Shown in pieces: positions 25,146 through 34,906 of a stretch of 34,906 bases of DNA; the stretch's first letter is position 1; every line of letters starts with the position of its first letter. This DNA comes from a virus (Duplodnaviria; Caudoviricetes). The notes beneath the pieces were generated by a model. The model did not search any database. It had not been told where the DNA came from and saw nothing but the letters and a program-made list of their open reading frames with translations. The position numbers were made by a program, and so were the translations under genes. Where the stretch lies: IMG/VR virus record IMGVR_UViG_3300044233_003741, positions 1 to 34,906 of that record. One strand, 5' to 3'.

Positions 25146-26489
25146 CTAACTTGCTTTATATCTTATAATTACAATTCCACTTCCTCCACTTCCACCTGCA
25201 GCATCATCATTTCCACCAGCACCTCCACCACCTGTGTTAGCAGTTCCATTACCACCTGCTGTTCCTGATCCTCCATCTGCACCATTTCCACCACCACCTG
25301 CACCTCCTGGACCACCTGATGTTGGAGAACCTCCACCTCCTCCACCACCTCCGCCTCCAGCGAAAGTTGTTGATGCTCCATTGATTTGAGTGGTTGCTCC
25401 TGCACCTCCAGGGCCACCATCAGATGAAACCCCACTTGCTGGAGCATAAGCACCTAAAGCTGTAGCACCTCCTCCACCTGCCGAATTTGCTGTGGGAGTT
25501 GGACTTGCACCACCACCATCATTACCTTGTGGGGGACTAACTGGTGGTGTGTTACCTGATCCTGCACTATTTGATTCTGATCTAGCACCTCCTCCTGAAC
25601 CTCCATTACCACCATTGGCAGAAGGTCTATTACCACCTATTCCACCACCAGCAGATGATATTGAAAAAACAGATGAAGTTGAACCTTGTGATCCAGCTCC
25701 TGGAGAACCTGTTGGTGGTGCGCCTGATCCACCACTTCCACCAGCACCTACAACAACTGGAAAACCTGTGGCAGTTACTGTAACTGATCCTGCTCCAACT
25801 AAAGGACTGGCTGTATAAGGAGTTACTGGTGATTTATCTTCTCTAAATCCTCCTGCTCCTCCACCACCACCTGAATCACCACCTGAACCACCACCTCCAG
25901 CTACGACCATATATGAAACTCTATTGTTTGCAGCAACTGCGGATACTGAACAAACTGTAAACGTACCTGGACTTGTAAAAGTATGTACTTTACAAGAACC
26001 TACTGTTGTGATTGTACCTCCTGTTGCTACTATAAAATTTTCTCCTGAAAAAGTTGATTCATCATCATTAGTTGCTACCCAACCTTGTGAAGAATCAACA
26101 TATACTAACATTATTGATGCACCATCAGTTGATATGGTTACATCTTGATTACTAAATCCATTTATAGGTGAACCACCTCTACCAATAGTTAAATTAGCTG
26201 TTGCAAAATTTCCATTGTAATCTTTTACACCAACAATAGCACCAGCACTAGGTGATGATGGTAAAGTCATAGTAACTGCACCACTTGCGGCAGTATCTAC
26301 AAAGTAACCTTTTCCATCTTCTGCTGTAAAGCTAGTTGTTTTTTTTGTCGTTTGCCAATCGACAGTACCTGTTCTACCCATTCCTGAAGTAGATGCACCT
26401 GAAGCTATTGAAACTGTGTCACCACTTTTTCCTAATGTAAGTGTTGATCCTGTTCTTGTTTCTACTGTGTTTACTTTTATTGTACTCAT
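25146..26489 (-). CDS. Gly-rich tail fibre/adhesin-like protein, paralog B
   Basis: Same architecture; GSGIVIIRY. Confidence 0.8.
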   Translation of the reverse strand: MSTIKVNTVETRTGSTLTLGKSGDTVSIASGASTSGMGRTGTVDWQTTKKTTSFTAEDGKGYFVDTAASGAVTMTLPSSPSAGAIVGVKDYNGNFATANLTIGRGGSPINGFSNQDVTISTDGASIMLVYVDSSQGWVATNDDESTFSGENFIVATGGTITTVGSCKVHTFTSPGTFTVCSVSAVAANNRVSYMVVAGGGGSGGDSGGGGGAGGFREDKSPVTPYTASPLVGAGSVTVTATGFPVVVGAGGSGGSGAPPTGSPGAGSQGSTSSVFSISSAGGGIGGNRPSANGGNGGSGGGARSESNSAGSGNTPPVSPPQGNDGGGASPTPTANSAGGGGATALGAYAPASGVSSDGGPGGAGATTQINGASTTFAGGGGGGGGGGSPTSGGPGGAGGGGNGADGGSGTAGGNGTANTGGGGAGGNDDAAGGSGGSGIVIIRYKAS

Positions 26490-26496
26490 AATTTAC

Positions 26497-27840
26497 CTAC
26501 TGAAACTTATACCTTATTATTACAATTCCTGAACCCCCATTACCACCAGCATTTACTCCATTAATATTACCGCCACCTCCACCACCTGTATTAGTAGTTG
26601 CCGCTAAACCTTGTGGTGGTGAACCTGATCCACCAAAACCACCTCCACCTAATCCACTAAAAGGATTTGATGTATTACAAGTACCACCAGCACCGCCACC
26701 ACCAAAAAATTGTTCACAACTTGATGCTTGACCTGATGTAGAAACAAAAGAAGTAGGAAATCCCCCACCATCACCACCTGCCGCTTTACATGCAGTTGCT
26801 GGTTGTGAACCACCTGTTTTTCCTGCTTCCATAAATCCACCACCACCACCTCCAACTCCTGGTGGACCAGATGCACCTCCATTACTTCCTTGTGATGGAC
26901 TAACTGGTGGAGTATTTCCACTTCCTTGAGTACAACCATTTGCATCTCTTGCACCACCACCAGAACCTCCATTTCCTCCTGGAGCATTACTTGGTTGACC
27001 TATTCCACCTCTACCGCCACCAGTAGAGGTTATTGTTGAAAAAATTGAATCTGAACCATCAGCGGCAGATGATGGACTACCTGCACCTCCTGCACCGACT
27101 GTTACTGGGATACTTGAAACTGATGCTGGTAATGCCGCTGGTGCATTTCTTGGACTTGCAGGATAACTTGTAATATCAGGTGAAGCAAAAAATCTTACAC
27201 CTCCTGCACCTCCTCCGCCACCTCTATCATTACCACCTGCACCTCCGCCAGCTACAACTAAATAATCAATCGTATTTGATCCTCCTGGTGTACCTGCATT
27301 TGTTATTTGAAAAGTACCTGGACTAGTGAAAGTATGAATTTTAAAATCTCCTACTTCAGCTGTGGAATTGCCACCAGTTGCAGCTACAAAAGGTGGAGTT
27401 CCCGTTTCGGTATCTTCTGCATTTTGCACATTTACCCAACCCTTTGTTGAATCTACATAAACTAATGTTAATCCTTGACCATTTACATTTAAAGTCAAGC
27501 TGGCGGCAACACCTCCAATTTTTTCAGATCCATTTGGAGATATTATAAAGTTATGCGTAGCAAAATTCCTTGCATAATCTGCAACTGCTACAATTGCACC
27601 TGCACTTCCAGCAGGTAAGTTCATCGTTATTGAACCACTTGCATTTATAAAATACCCCTCTCCATTTGCCGCTGTAAAAGTTGAAGTTTTAATATCACTT
27701 GTTTGCCAATTAACACTTCCTGATCTACCAAATCCTGTTTGTGTAGCACCACTTCCTAAAGTTACTGCTGTTCCACAACCACCTATAGTTAAAGTAGAAC
27801 CTGATGACTTTACGATTTCATTTACTTCTATCTTACTCAT
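26497..27840 (-). CDS. Gly-rich tail fibre/adhesin-like protein, paralog C
   Basis: Same architecture; GSGIVIIRY. Confidence 0.8.
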   Translation of the reverse strand: MSKIEVNEIVKSSGSTLTIGGCGTAVTLGSGATQTGFGRSGSVNWQTSDIKTSTFTAANGEGYFINASGSITMNLPAGSAGAIVAVADYARNFATHNFIISPNGSEKIGGVAASLTLNVNGQGLTLVYVDSTKGWVNVQNAEDTETGTPPFVAATGGNSTAEVGDFKIHTFTSPGTFQITNAGTPGGSNTIDYLVVAGGGAGGNDRGGGGGAGGVRFFASPDITSYPASPRNAPAALPASVSSIPVTVGAGGAGSPSSAADGSDSIFSTITSTGGGRGGIGQPSNAPGGNGGSGGGARDANGCTQGSGNTPPVSPSQGSNGGASGPPGVGGGGGGFMEAGKTGGSQPATACKAAGGDGGGFPTSFVSTSGQASSCEQFFGGGGAGGTCNTSNPFSGLGGGGFGGSGSPPQGLAATTNTGGGGGGNINGVNAGGNGGSGIVIIRYKFQ

Positions 27841-28025
27841 ACTATAACGACAGTTGCCCCTGATTCAATTGTTAATGTTGCTGAAACTGTAAATGGTCCA
27901 GCAAAGACTGCATTACTTGAACCCTCAATAAATACATCTCGTTTTAATTCTTTTTTGTGATAATTATCAACATTATCAACTCCTGGAGTTTGACCAACAT
28001 AAACAATACTATCTTTTTCTTCCAT
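27837..28025 (-). CDS. small tail-fibre-associated protein
   Basis: NAVFAGP.TV..TLTI..GA..VIV C-terminus; GGAGG SD. Confidence 0.7.
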   Translation of the reverse strand: MEEKDSIVYVGQTPGVDNVDNYHKKELKRDVFIEGSSNAVFAGPFTVSATLTIESGATVVIV

Positions 28026-28034
28026 TAGTTCCTC

Positions 28035-28358
28035 CTACGAAACATCTGTAAGTAATCCCATGACAATATCTACATTACCTGACGAATCACTTGATGTTGC
28101 TTTTAATTTATAACCTGTACCTAAAACAAACTTACCTTTTAGTATTTCTATTTTAGAATTTGGTGGAATTGATACTGCATTTACAATAACAAAATCATTT
28201 GAACCATCATTCATTTTGACAGTTAAAGTAAGTGATGTTGTCGTTTTATTTGCAGCAGTAAAACCAATCAAAATCTGTTTATTAGCAGTTGTTGTAATTA
28301 TATCTGTTTCTGAATTATTTGATAATGTTACTTCTGTTGATAGAAAATTATTTGCCAT
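28035..28358 (-). CDS. small beta-rich tail-associated protein
   Basis: ORF in tail operon with GGAGG SD. Confidence 0.75.
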   Translation of the reverse strand: MANNFLSTEVTLSNNSETDIITTTANKQILIGFTAANKTTTSLTLTVKMNDGSNDFVIVNAVSIPPNSKIEILKGKFVLGTGYKLKATSSDSSGNVDIVMGLLTDVS

Positions 28359-28362
28359 TTAT

Positions 28363-28674
28363 TTATCCTCCTAAAGCTATTGCAAAGGGGATTGCATTTG
28401 GATCGCTTTCACCCTCTATGGTTACTGTCGATGGTATAGTTGCTGTTGCAGCATTTGTTGCTACCTCAAAAACAGATACAAATGCTGTACCATTGTAATA
28501 CTTAAAAATAATTTTATTAGTTGTATTAGTATCAGCAAATATCATTCCTGAATATTTTGTACTAGGTTCTGATGTCCCACTATTATTAGTTACTGTTGCA
28601 GAGAACGCATTGTTCATATCGCTTCTGAAACTAGGAAATCCTTGGTTCGCTATTATGTAATCATGTTGTGCCAT
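28363..28674 (-). CDS. tail fibre anchor/adaptor-like protein
   Basis: MAQHDY..ANQ...FRSD.N N-terminus typical of proteins following J; ends AIALGG. Confidence 0.7.
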   Translation of the reverse strand: MAQHDYIIANQGFPSFRSDMNNAFSATVTNNSGTSEPSTKYSGMIFADTNTTNKIIFKYYNGTAFVSVFEVATNAATATIPSTVTIEGESDPNAIPFAIALGG

Positions 28675-28716
28675 AAATCACCCTATATCATCTATTAGTT
28701 GTATATTCAATCATTA

Positions 28717-31686
28717 TTACACTCCCTTTGCAACATAGTCAAATGTTCTTGATATGCCTGTTCCACTGCTATTTTGGAATGCAATATTAAAACCTGTCGT
28801 ACTTTTCCCTGTTATAGCATACTTATCACCTGATGCCATATCTTGTACAGATAAAGTAATTGCTATTGAATTAAGCAAATTAAATGCTTTGGAATATGTA
28901 ATTGATTTTGTACCTGTACCTGAAACAACATCGTTTTCAGAAACAGTAAATGCTTCTAGCTGTAAAGTTACACCTACTGCTGTTACTATAGGAGTTGCTG
29001 TATTATTATCTGACTGCATTAAAACCCTAAATTTAAAAAATCTTCCTGTATAATCACCAATTGTAAAATCCTGGAATGTTGAAAAGGTAACATTATCATC
29101 TGATACAGCTATTTGAAGTTCAGATGAAGATTGGGTATTTGCATCTCCATCAAAGTTAGATGGTTGATCATCAAAATCCCCAGTTACAAAGTCAAATATC
29201 CTTGCCCTATCTGTAACTTGCTGAGTAAGTGTTGCTGTAATTTGTGTTGTTACAATAGCACCAGCATCAACTGTTTGTGCAAATTCATAAGTACCTGATG
29301 ATTTGACAGTTGCATTTTGACCACCATCAAATAATGTTTGTGTTATAGAATCAAAATTTCCAGTAACATCATCAAAAAGCTGATTACCAGCAAGAACAAG
29401 TGCAGGTGTATCATCATCACCAATAGTTGTTAAAACAACATCTGTTTTTGAACCAGCAAAAGTTGGGTTTTCATTTTGTGTAAGAAGATTTGTAAATTCA
29501 CCAATTGTTGTTACTTGTGTTACTACACTACTTGCATTGATTGATACATTCCCTAGTTTATCTACAGCTTTTATTAAATATGTGCCTGTTTTAGCTGGAA
29601 CAACAATAGAAGTTCCTGGTCTTGATAGTTTTTTTACTAATACGATTGAGTTTTGCCATTCAGCTCCTGTTGTAAGTGGACTAAAGTTTATTCTATAATG
29701 TGATAAATCTAAATCAGGTACAGGATCAAAACTTAAATGAGCTTCTTTACCAATTATATTACAAGCAAAGTTTTCTACATCAGATGGTGGTGCTATCTGT
29801 CCAATAATAGTTCTTGAACCAGTTATTGTAGAAGATTTTACACCGAAAATATTAACACCTCTCACTCTTACTTGATATTCTGCTTTATCAATTACATTTA
29901 AAAATTCATATTTAGTTCTAGTACCTCTACCAATTAATTTAAAATCATCAGTAACAGAATTTCCATCTGCATCTGTAAGTTGTTTCACCTCTACTTCAAA
30001 TATTTCTGTAAAGTTATCTGTTGGTGCTGTAAAATTTATTACAAGTTTTACTATGACAGTTCCATCATTATATTGTACTAATTCATCTGTAAGTGTCAAA
30101 CCAGTCGGTGCAGAAACAGTTGTAGCATTTGGTAAGTTAGTTGCTTTACCACTTGATATTGTAGAATAATCACTTGTACTAAAATCATAAACATCACTTG
30201 CTGTTTCTCTAAATTCTGCTGATATTGTTGGTACAGGAGCATCACTACCATTTGACATTGCAAATGACCAGTTACTTATCTCAAATGTTTTACTTGAAAA
30301 TCCAAGTCTAGAGTTTGTAATTTGGACTGTATCACCAATATCTAATTCAAATGCTTTCAAATTAAATTCACCTGTAAAACTAATTTGTTGTCTTGCTTTA
30401 AGCAATTGTATTTTCGCTAATCTTTGGACTGTATGACTAGAAGTTGTCATTGGAAAATTAAACTCACCAAATATTCTTTCTGAATTATCTTCTGTTTCAA
30501 AAGTTGAATTAGTAAGTATAGGATAATCAGTTGGTTGATAGTTATTATCAGGTTCAGAATACAATCCTTTTACAGCATTAAATAATTCTTTTTTTGATAT
30601 TCTTGTATTTAAACTAATACCACTTCTCAAATGTTCTTCATCTAAAGTAACAGATGGTGTTTCATATACTGCTGGTCTAATTTTAAATTGTCCATTAGAA
30701 TAAATAAGATGTCCTGCAATACTAGATAACATATTTTGTAAAACATTTTTGGGTGTTTTTTCAAGTGTAAATGTACCATTAAGTGTAAATCTATTTTCTG
30801 TACCTGATGGGTTTGCAATTGTTACTGATTCATCACAAGTATTTGCAACTGCTGAGAAATTTGTATCATTTATTTCAGTACTATCAGCATCTAAACCAAA
30901 TCTATCATTCAATAAATAATCTCTTATACATAATGCAGGATTTGTACTAAATGCTGTTGCACTACTTCTAGGGTCAAATACTTTTCTACCCTCTACTTCA
31001 AAAGAGATATTTGGAACACCATTAGGATAAACATCAGAATCAAAATTAATTCTAGCATATAAATATGATATACCTCTTAACCTATGATTTGTTGTCCATT
31101 GTGTTACTTCTGAAACTAAATCAGCATCTGCTAACTGAGCATCTAAACCTAAATGTTTTTTTATTCTTGCTTTTCCCTCATACTTATTACCACTTGAAGG
31201 AAACAACCTTGCAATACCATTTGAATCTGAACCATCTTGTGTAAGTGGTACTTCATCTTCATTAAAAAAAACTTTTGTTATGTTATTAACTTCATGACCA
31301 GCAACAGTTATTATCATGTGTAAAAAATCATTTGTACTTCCTGTAGATTCTGCATAAACTATAGTTCCCCCAACTCTTACTTTTCCATATATAATTCTTT
31401 GTGGTGCAACACCTGATTTTGCTGTAACCATTGTGCCTTGTTGAAGATTGGTTCCTACTTCAGGTATATCTATATCAGGTGCTAATTTTTTATTTACAGC
31501 ACCAAGAATTAATTGTGAACCAGCAGAAACAATAAATGTACCAACTAAACCAGCGGCAGTTCCTGATAAACCAACTGCTGTTCCAATCTTTGTTGCAAAA
31601 GCTGATGGACCAATTGCAGGTATAGCGGCAAACCCTACTGCTATTGCTCCTACTACTAATGCTGTTTTGACTGTTTTACTTCCCAT
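28717..31686 (-). CDS. tail tip / host-specificity protein J-like with FN3-like domains
   Basis: 989 aa; IIYGKVRVGG, NPALCIRDYL, GDTV, YQVRVRGVN..G..S, YLIKAVD..GN.S. Confidence 0.85.
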   Translation of the reverse strand: MGSKTVKTALVVGAIAVGFAAIPAIGPSAFATKIGTAVGLSGTAAGLVGTFIVSAGSQLILGAVNKKLAPDIDIPEVGTNLQQGTMVTAKSGVAPQRIIYGKVRVGGTIVYAESTGSTNDFLHMIITVAGHEVNNITKVFFNEDEVPLTQDGSDSNGIARLFPSSGNKYEGKARIKKHLGLDAQLADADLVSEVTQWTTNHRLRGISYLYARINFDSDVYPNGVPNISFEVEGRKVFDPRSSATAFSTNPALCIRDYLLNDRFGLDADSTEINDTNFSAVANTCDESVTIANPSGTENRFTLNGTFTLEKTPKNVLQNMLSSIAGHLIYSNGQFKIRPAVYETPSVTLDEEHLRSGISLNTRISKKELFNAVKGLYSEPDNNYQPTDYPILTNSTFETEDNSERIFGEFNFPMTTSSHTVQRLAKIQLLKARQQISFTGEFNLKAFELDIGDTVQITNSRLGFSSKTFEISNWSFAMSNGSDAPVPTISAEFRETASDVYDFSTSDYSTISSGKATNLPNATTVSAPTGLTLTDELVQYNDGTVIVKLVINFTAPTDNFTEIFEVEVKQLTDADGNSVTDDFKLIGRGTRTKYEFLNVIDKAEYQVRVRGVNIFGVKSSTITGSRTIIGQIAPPSDVENFACNIIGKEAHLSFDPVPDLDLSHYRINFSPLTTGAEWQNSIVLVKKLSRPGTSIVVPAKTGTYLIKAVDKLGNVSINASSVVTQVTTIGEFTNLLTQNENPTFAGSKTDVVLTTIGDDDTPALVLAGNQLFDDVTGNFDSITQTLFDGGQNATVKSSGTYEFAQTVDAGAIVTTQITATLTQQVTDRARIFDFVTGDFDDQPSNFDGDANTQSSSELQIAVSDDNVTFSTFQDFTIGDYTGRFFKFRVLMQSDNNTATPIVTAVGVTLQLEAFTVSENDVVSGTGTKSITYSKAFNLLNSIAITLSVQDMASGDKYAITGKSTTGFNIAFQNSSGTGISRTFDYVAKGV

Positions 31687-32102
31687 TATTCTATTCTCCA
31701 GGCATAATTACAGGTGTTTGTAAGTCTTTTTTCTTGACCTATTTTAGCTTTGAATATTGACCATTCACCCGAGCAGATGCCCATTGTTCCTCCTAATTCT
31801 TCATCAGTTTCAAGAAATACCACATCTCCTCTTCTAGCAAAAGATGTATTTATTTCTTTAAAGTTATTTTCTTTTGCAATATCTCTAGCAATATCTAATA
31901 AATCTTTTTTGTTAAACTCTTTCAATATATCTTTTGCTTCTTTTATAGTTTTGTATTCCATATCAAAAACCTTTTTACCTGTTACTACTTCTATTGCTCC
32001 AATAACAAAATTTACACAATCAGATTTTCCCCTTTTAAATTTTACCTTTTGTTGTTCTATAATATAGTTTGATAATTTAGTGTCCCAATTATCTACTCTC
32101 AT
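31686..32102 (-). CDS. NlpC/P60-like tail assembly protein
   Basis: F..G.SDC..F, ARRGDVV, AWRI; precedes J. Confidence 0.75.
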   Translation of the reverse strand: MRVDNWDTKLSNYIIEQQKVKFKRGKSDCVNFVIGAIEVVTGKKVFDMEYKTIKEAKDILKEFNKKDLLDIARDIAKENNFKEINTSFARRGDVVFLETDEELGGTMGICSGEWSIFKAKIGQEKRLTNTCNYAWRIE

Positions 32103-32680
32103 TATGAAGTCTTTTTACCCCAAATAATTTCTTTATCTTGTAAGTCAGGTACAAACTCAAAACCTAAATCACCACTAAAACTTAATTGTTGATCTTCATG
32201 TGTATATCTTCTTTCTTTTGGTCTATCTAAAGCTATCAATCTGTTTTCTAAATTTAATACAATAGTCGCTGATTCTGCTCCCTCATCTATTTTCATTATA
32301 TCCATTTTACCTTTAAACAAAGTATAAACATCTGCTATTACTGATTTGTTAGTATCAAATAAACCTAAAAAGATACTTGCATTTCTATTTGTGTAGTTTG
32401 CTGACAATGCAGCAGAAATCAAAGAAGATTTTATTCCTGTCAAACTTAATGTTGCACCTATAGCTTCTACTTGATCACTTTCTGATACAGCACTTACACC
32501 CATCAAATCACCTAAACCTGTAAATGTATTTGAAGAACCACCTGCTGTCATAGTCAAATCACCATAACCATTCCAAAATCTTAATGTACCTGTACTAAAT
32601 TCTAATTCTACTGCAAGAAGTGGTCTTACAACTTGACTTGTAATTGCATTATTAAATGCAGTTGTAATACTTCTAGACAT
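32102..32680 (-). CDS. minor tail protein (hub/L-like)
   Basis: RFWNGYGD, F.G.MD, RYT.EDQ....GD.GFEFV..LQ...I.WG. Confidence 0.75.
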   Translation of the reverse strand: MSRSITTAFNNAITSQVVRPLLAVELEFSTGTLRFWNGYGDLTMTAGGSSNTFTGLGDLMGVSAVSESDQVEAIGATLSLTGIKSSLISAALSANYTNRNASIFLGLFDTNKSVIADVYTLFKGKMDIMKIDEGAESATIVLNLENRLIALDRPKERRYTHEDQQLSFSGDLGFEFVPDLQDKEIIWGKKTS

Positions 32681-32892
32681 TAGTCCTCCAATATTTTCAA
32701 TATTTTCTTTTGACCCATATATATTTCTGTTTTAGCATTTATCTTTTTACAACTAAAAACAACTCTATTTGGGTTTACTTCTCTTTCTGCTATCCTTTTG
32801 GACTTAAGACAGTCACTCATTTTTGGTTTATATACATGCTCTATAATAGAGCCATTCAATGTTAAAATTAAAGCTACTACAATCTCTGTCAT
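32680..32892 (-). CDS. hypothetical protein
   Basis: Coupled ORF; hydrophobic N-terminus and two Cys. Confidence 0.7.
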   Translation of the reverse strand: MTEIVVALILTLNGSIIEHVYKPKMSDCLKSKRIAEREVNPNRVVFSCKKINAKTEIYMGQKKILKILED

Positions 32893-33293
32893 TTGTTCCC
32901 TCCATTTGCTCTTACTTTATCTTTTACAATCTCTAATTGATCAATAATTTTATCTACATCTTTTTGTAATCTTTGTATATTTACTTTGTTGTGCATCATT
33001 GATTCCATTTGTTCCTGTATTTTTTCTACATCTTTTACTAAATCTTCTATCAATAAAAATTGTTCTGAATCAGCAGGAAGACTACCTAGTTCACCCAATG
33101 GCCATTTAATTCTAAACTCTGTATTCATTTCTATGTCTTTTGAATTTAACTGATTTTGTGTTTCTAAAACATTTATCCTTTCTATAACTCCAAAACCAAA
33201 CCATGCACCAATCAAACATGCACCTATGATCGTGATTAAGTTCCTAGCAGGAAGTTGTATGCCTGTGTTATCTGATAAATTTAATCTTTTCAT
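32889..33293 (-). CDS. single-TM coiled-coil protein
   Basis: TM near N-terminus then long coil. Confidence 0.75.
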   Translation of the reverse strand: MKRLNLSDNTGIQLPARNLITIIGACLIGAWFGFGVIERINVLETQNQLNSKDIEMNTEFRIKWPLGELGSLPADSEQFLLIEDLVKDVEKIQEQMESMMHNKVNIQRLQKDVDKIIDQLEIVKDKVRANGGNK

Positions 33294-33418
33294 TTCTTTT
33301 TCTTTCTCCCCATATAATGATCTCCAGGTTCATAATTCCATTTTTTTCCATGATGACCTCTTATATCACAATATAACATTCTTAATTTTACAATAATTTT
33401 TCTTAATCCTCTTGGCAT
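33290..33418 (-). CDS. 42-aa basic hypothetical protein (absent from ORF track)
   Basis: MPRGLRKIIVKLRMLYCDIRGHHGKKWNYEPGDHYMGRKKKK*; TAATG and ATGA overlaps at the two ends. Confidence 0.7.
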   Translation of the reverse strand: MPRGLRKIIVKLRMLYCDIRGHHGKKWNYEPGDHYMGRKKKK

Positions 33419-34044
33419 TATAATGCTTCTGTTGCTGACAAACTTATGCCATATTTACTTACTTGATCTGTATCCCAACCTGTTTCATTGGAATCTAATC
33501 TAAATAAAGTTGTTGTATTTGAATATGTGACCGTTGCATCATCAGCAATTGTTTCTATTCCTTGTCTCAAAGATGGCTCAATTTTGACATTTGCTTCACC
33601 TGAGCTATTACTATTTACATCTTCTGTAACCATATATAAAAATGAACCTATCTGTATATAATCACCAGCTTTGAAAACATTATTTGTACTATTAGCAAAA
33701 CCATCTAAAGCTACCTGATTACCTGTTTGACTAGCACCATTTACTCGTATTGTGCCGGTAGCAACACCTTGTATTGTTTTTCTATCTTGATCACCAAGTT
33801 TAAATGTTCCTCTTCTACCTCTTAATTGTAAAAGAAAAGCAATTACAACTGCCGCTTTATCTTTTAACATTGGTGGAAATTTTATTTGTGTAGTCCAAAA
33901 CTCACCCTCATGTTGGAATACTTGATCTTGACCTGTAAATGGTGAGCTTGATACAGCAACTGTTCTTACTAAACTAAATCTTTGTGTTTGTATTCCTGAA
34001 ACAGTTGGAAATGTTAATGGGTATGATGGTGTAAATACTGCCAT
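33418..34044 (-). CDS. distal tail protein-like
   Basis: SSSPFTGQ.Q, FLLQLRG..G.F..GD, AGDYIQ, I.P.LR; directly after tape measure. Confidence 0.75.
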   Translation of the reverse strand: MAVFTPSYPLTFPTVSGIQTQRFSLVRTVAVSSSPFTGQDQVFQHEGEFWTTQIKFPPMLKDKAAVVIAFLLQLRGRRGTFKLGDQDRKTIQGVATGTIRVNGASQTGNQVALDGFANSTNNVFKAGDYIQIGSFLYMVTEDVNSNSSGEANVKIEPSLRQGIETIADDATVTYSNTTTLFRLDSNETGWDTDQVSKYGISLSATEAL

Positions 34045-34046
34045 AA

Positions 34047-34906
34047 TTATCCTCCAAATGCCTTTGCAAATTTACCACCTCTTAATTTAGCATCAGCTAC
34101 TGCTGATATTGTTGATTGTTGTATAGTAGGTAACAAGTTTGCTATTTCTGTTCTGACAGTAGAGGTTACACCCAAAGCAAAATTTAAGTTTTGATTTATT
34201 ACAACACCTTGTCCACCACCTGACATTGCTCCAGGAGTCAAGCTACTTGGAACAATACTACCTGCTGTTCTTGGTACAAATAATTCAGGACCCCTTTCAC
34301 CAACTAATCTTGGTTGATTTGCTTGTTGAACATTACCACCTGTAGCACTTGATGGTGTAAAGAAACCACCAAAAATACTTTTAGCAACCTGTGTAGCTCC
34401 TGCTTTTACCCTATCTAAAATTATTGTTTGTATTATTGTTTTTTGAATATCAATTAAAAGTTCTCTTAAAATAGCTTTAAAATCTAAACTAGCTGTTTTA
34501 CCCTCTATAAAAGCATCTGTAATTTTTTTACCAGCACTTTCAAATGAAGTTCCTATACCATCAGCTATTTGTATAACATCTTTTAACTTTTCCTGCTGAT
34601 CAAAAAAAGCACCTGTTTGTTCTGTGATTAAAGGTATTTGTTTTATCAATTCCTCATTTACTCTTGCTAACCTATCAGGTTCATCTTTAAATAAAGTAAG
34701 AAGTCTATCTCTTTCTTTAAATATTTCATTTAAAACTGCTTCCTGTTTTGCATTTTTTGCACTTAAAAGTGATATAGTATCAGTTCTTTTTTTTGTAGTT
34801 TTAAGTGTTTTTTCTTCAAGTTGTCTTGTGTTTTCAATTGCTAGTTGTCTTTCATGTTCTGCTAAAGCTGTTTCTAATAATTTCTGTTTATTTCTTTCTA
34901 ACTCAA
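34047..34906 (-). CDS. tape measure protein, 3' part (runs off the right edge)
   Basis: Frame is open from 34904; coiled-coil then ATGG.V, LVGERGPELFVP motif. Confidence 0.85.
   Translation of the reverse strand, partial: ELERNKQKLLETALAEHERQLAIENTRQLEEKTLKTTKKRTDTISLLSAKNAKQEAVLNEIFKERDRLLTLFKDEPDRLARVNEELIKQIPLITEQTGAFFDQQEKLKDVIQIADGIGTSFESAGKKITDAFIEGKTASLDFKAILRELLIDIQKTIIQTIILDRVKAGATQVAKSIFGGFFTPSSATGGNVQQANQPRLVGERGPELFVPRTAGSIVPSSLTPGAMSGGGQGVVINQNLNFALGVTSTVRTEIANLLPTIQQSTISAVADAKLRGGKFAKAFGG

Noticed and set aside
23779-26987. Alternative-frame and antisense ORFs inside the fibre genes (poly-Pro or V/E/Q-rich)
   Set aside because: Shadows of GGN-rich Gly codons; no SD or independent signal
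23756-27840. Diversity-generating retroelement or invertase shufflon acting on the fibres
   Set aside because: No reverse transcriptase, adenine-specific TR/VR pair, recombinase or inverted crossover sites seen in the window
716-32067. Other short track ORFs antisense or out of frame to supported genes (e.g. 716-913, 1335-1535, 2573-3449, 4788-5012, 9535-10063, 14696-14947, 19058-19685, 28754-29053, 31448-32067)
   Set aside because: Overlap well-supported genes and lack SD sequences or recognisable motifs
1-34906. CRISPR array, tRNA/rRNA genes, IS elements, integrase
   Set aside because: No regularly spaced repeats, cloverleafs, or transposase/recombinase motifs found by eye
1-34906. Alternative genetic code or motif avoidance revealing the modification target
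   Set aside because: Long genes read through in the standard code using all three stops; CG looks scarce, but a k-mer count is needed to separate this from low GC

Overview
AT-rich fragment of a dsDNA tailed phage genome with a siphovirus-type tail (tape measure, distal tail, J-like tip). The gene content suggests a marine alphaproteobacterial host such as SAR11; this is inference only. Layout: possible terminase-small-subunit start at the left edge; a small + strand early operon (HEXXH protease, SET-domain protein); a minus-strand operon running from replication/recombination genes (HTH initiator, VRR-NUC, DUF968) into a tightly coupled cassette of ParB-like + DUR3/SSS-family solute symporter + IbrA/YbdN-like PP-loop enzyme + IbrB-like ParB; + strand early/middle operons (DUF2958, Arc-like RHH, XRE, exonuclease, Sak/Rad52, SSB-like) driven by a family of look-alike sigma70 promoters and leaders; and a long minus-strand late region (tail genes, three paralogous Gly-rich fibres, four 2OG-Fe(II) oxygenase-fold genes, a glycosyltransferase, DUF3310, M15 endolysin, holin, metallophosphoesterase). 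Best candidates for undescribed biology: (1) a transporter-fed DNA-modification cassette at 2370-6049; (2) structured RNAs carrying antisense copies of the phage's own early translation leader; (3) a fibre hydroxylation/glycosylation module. All family calls come from motif recognition by eye; no searches were run.
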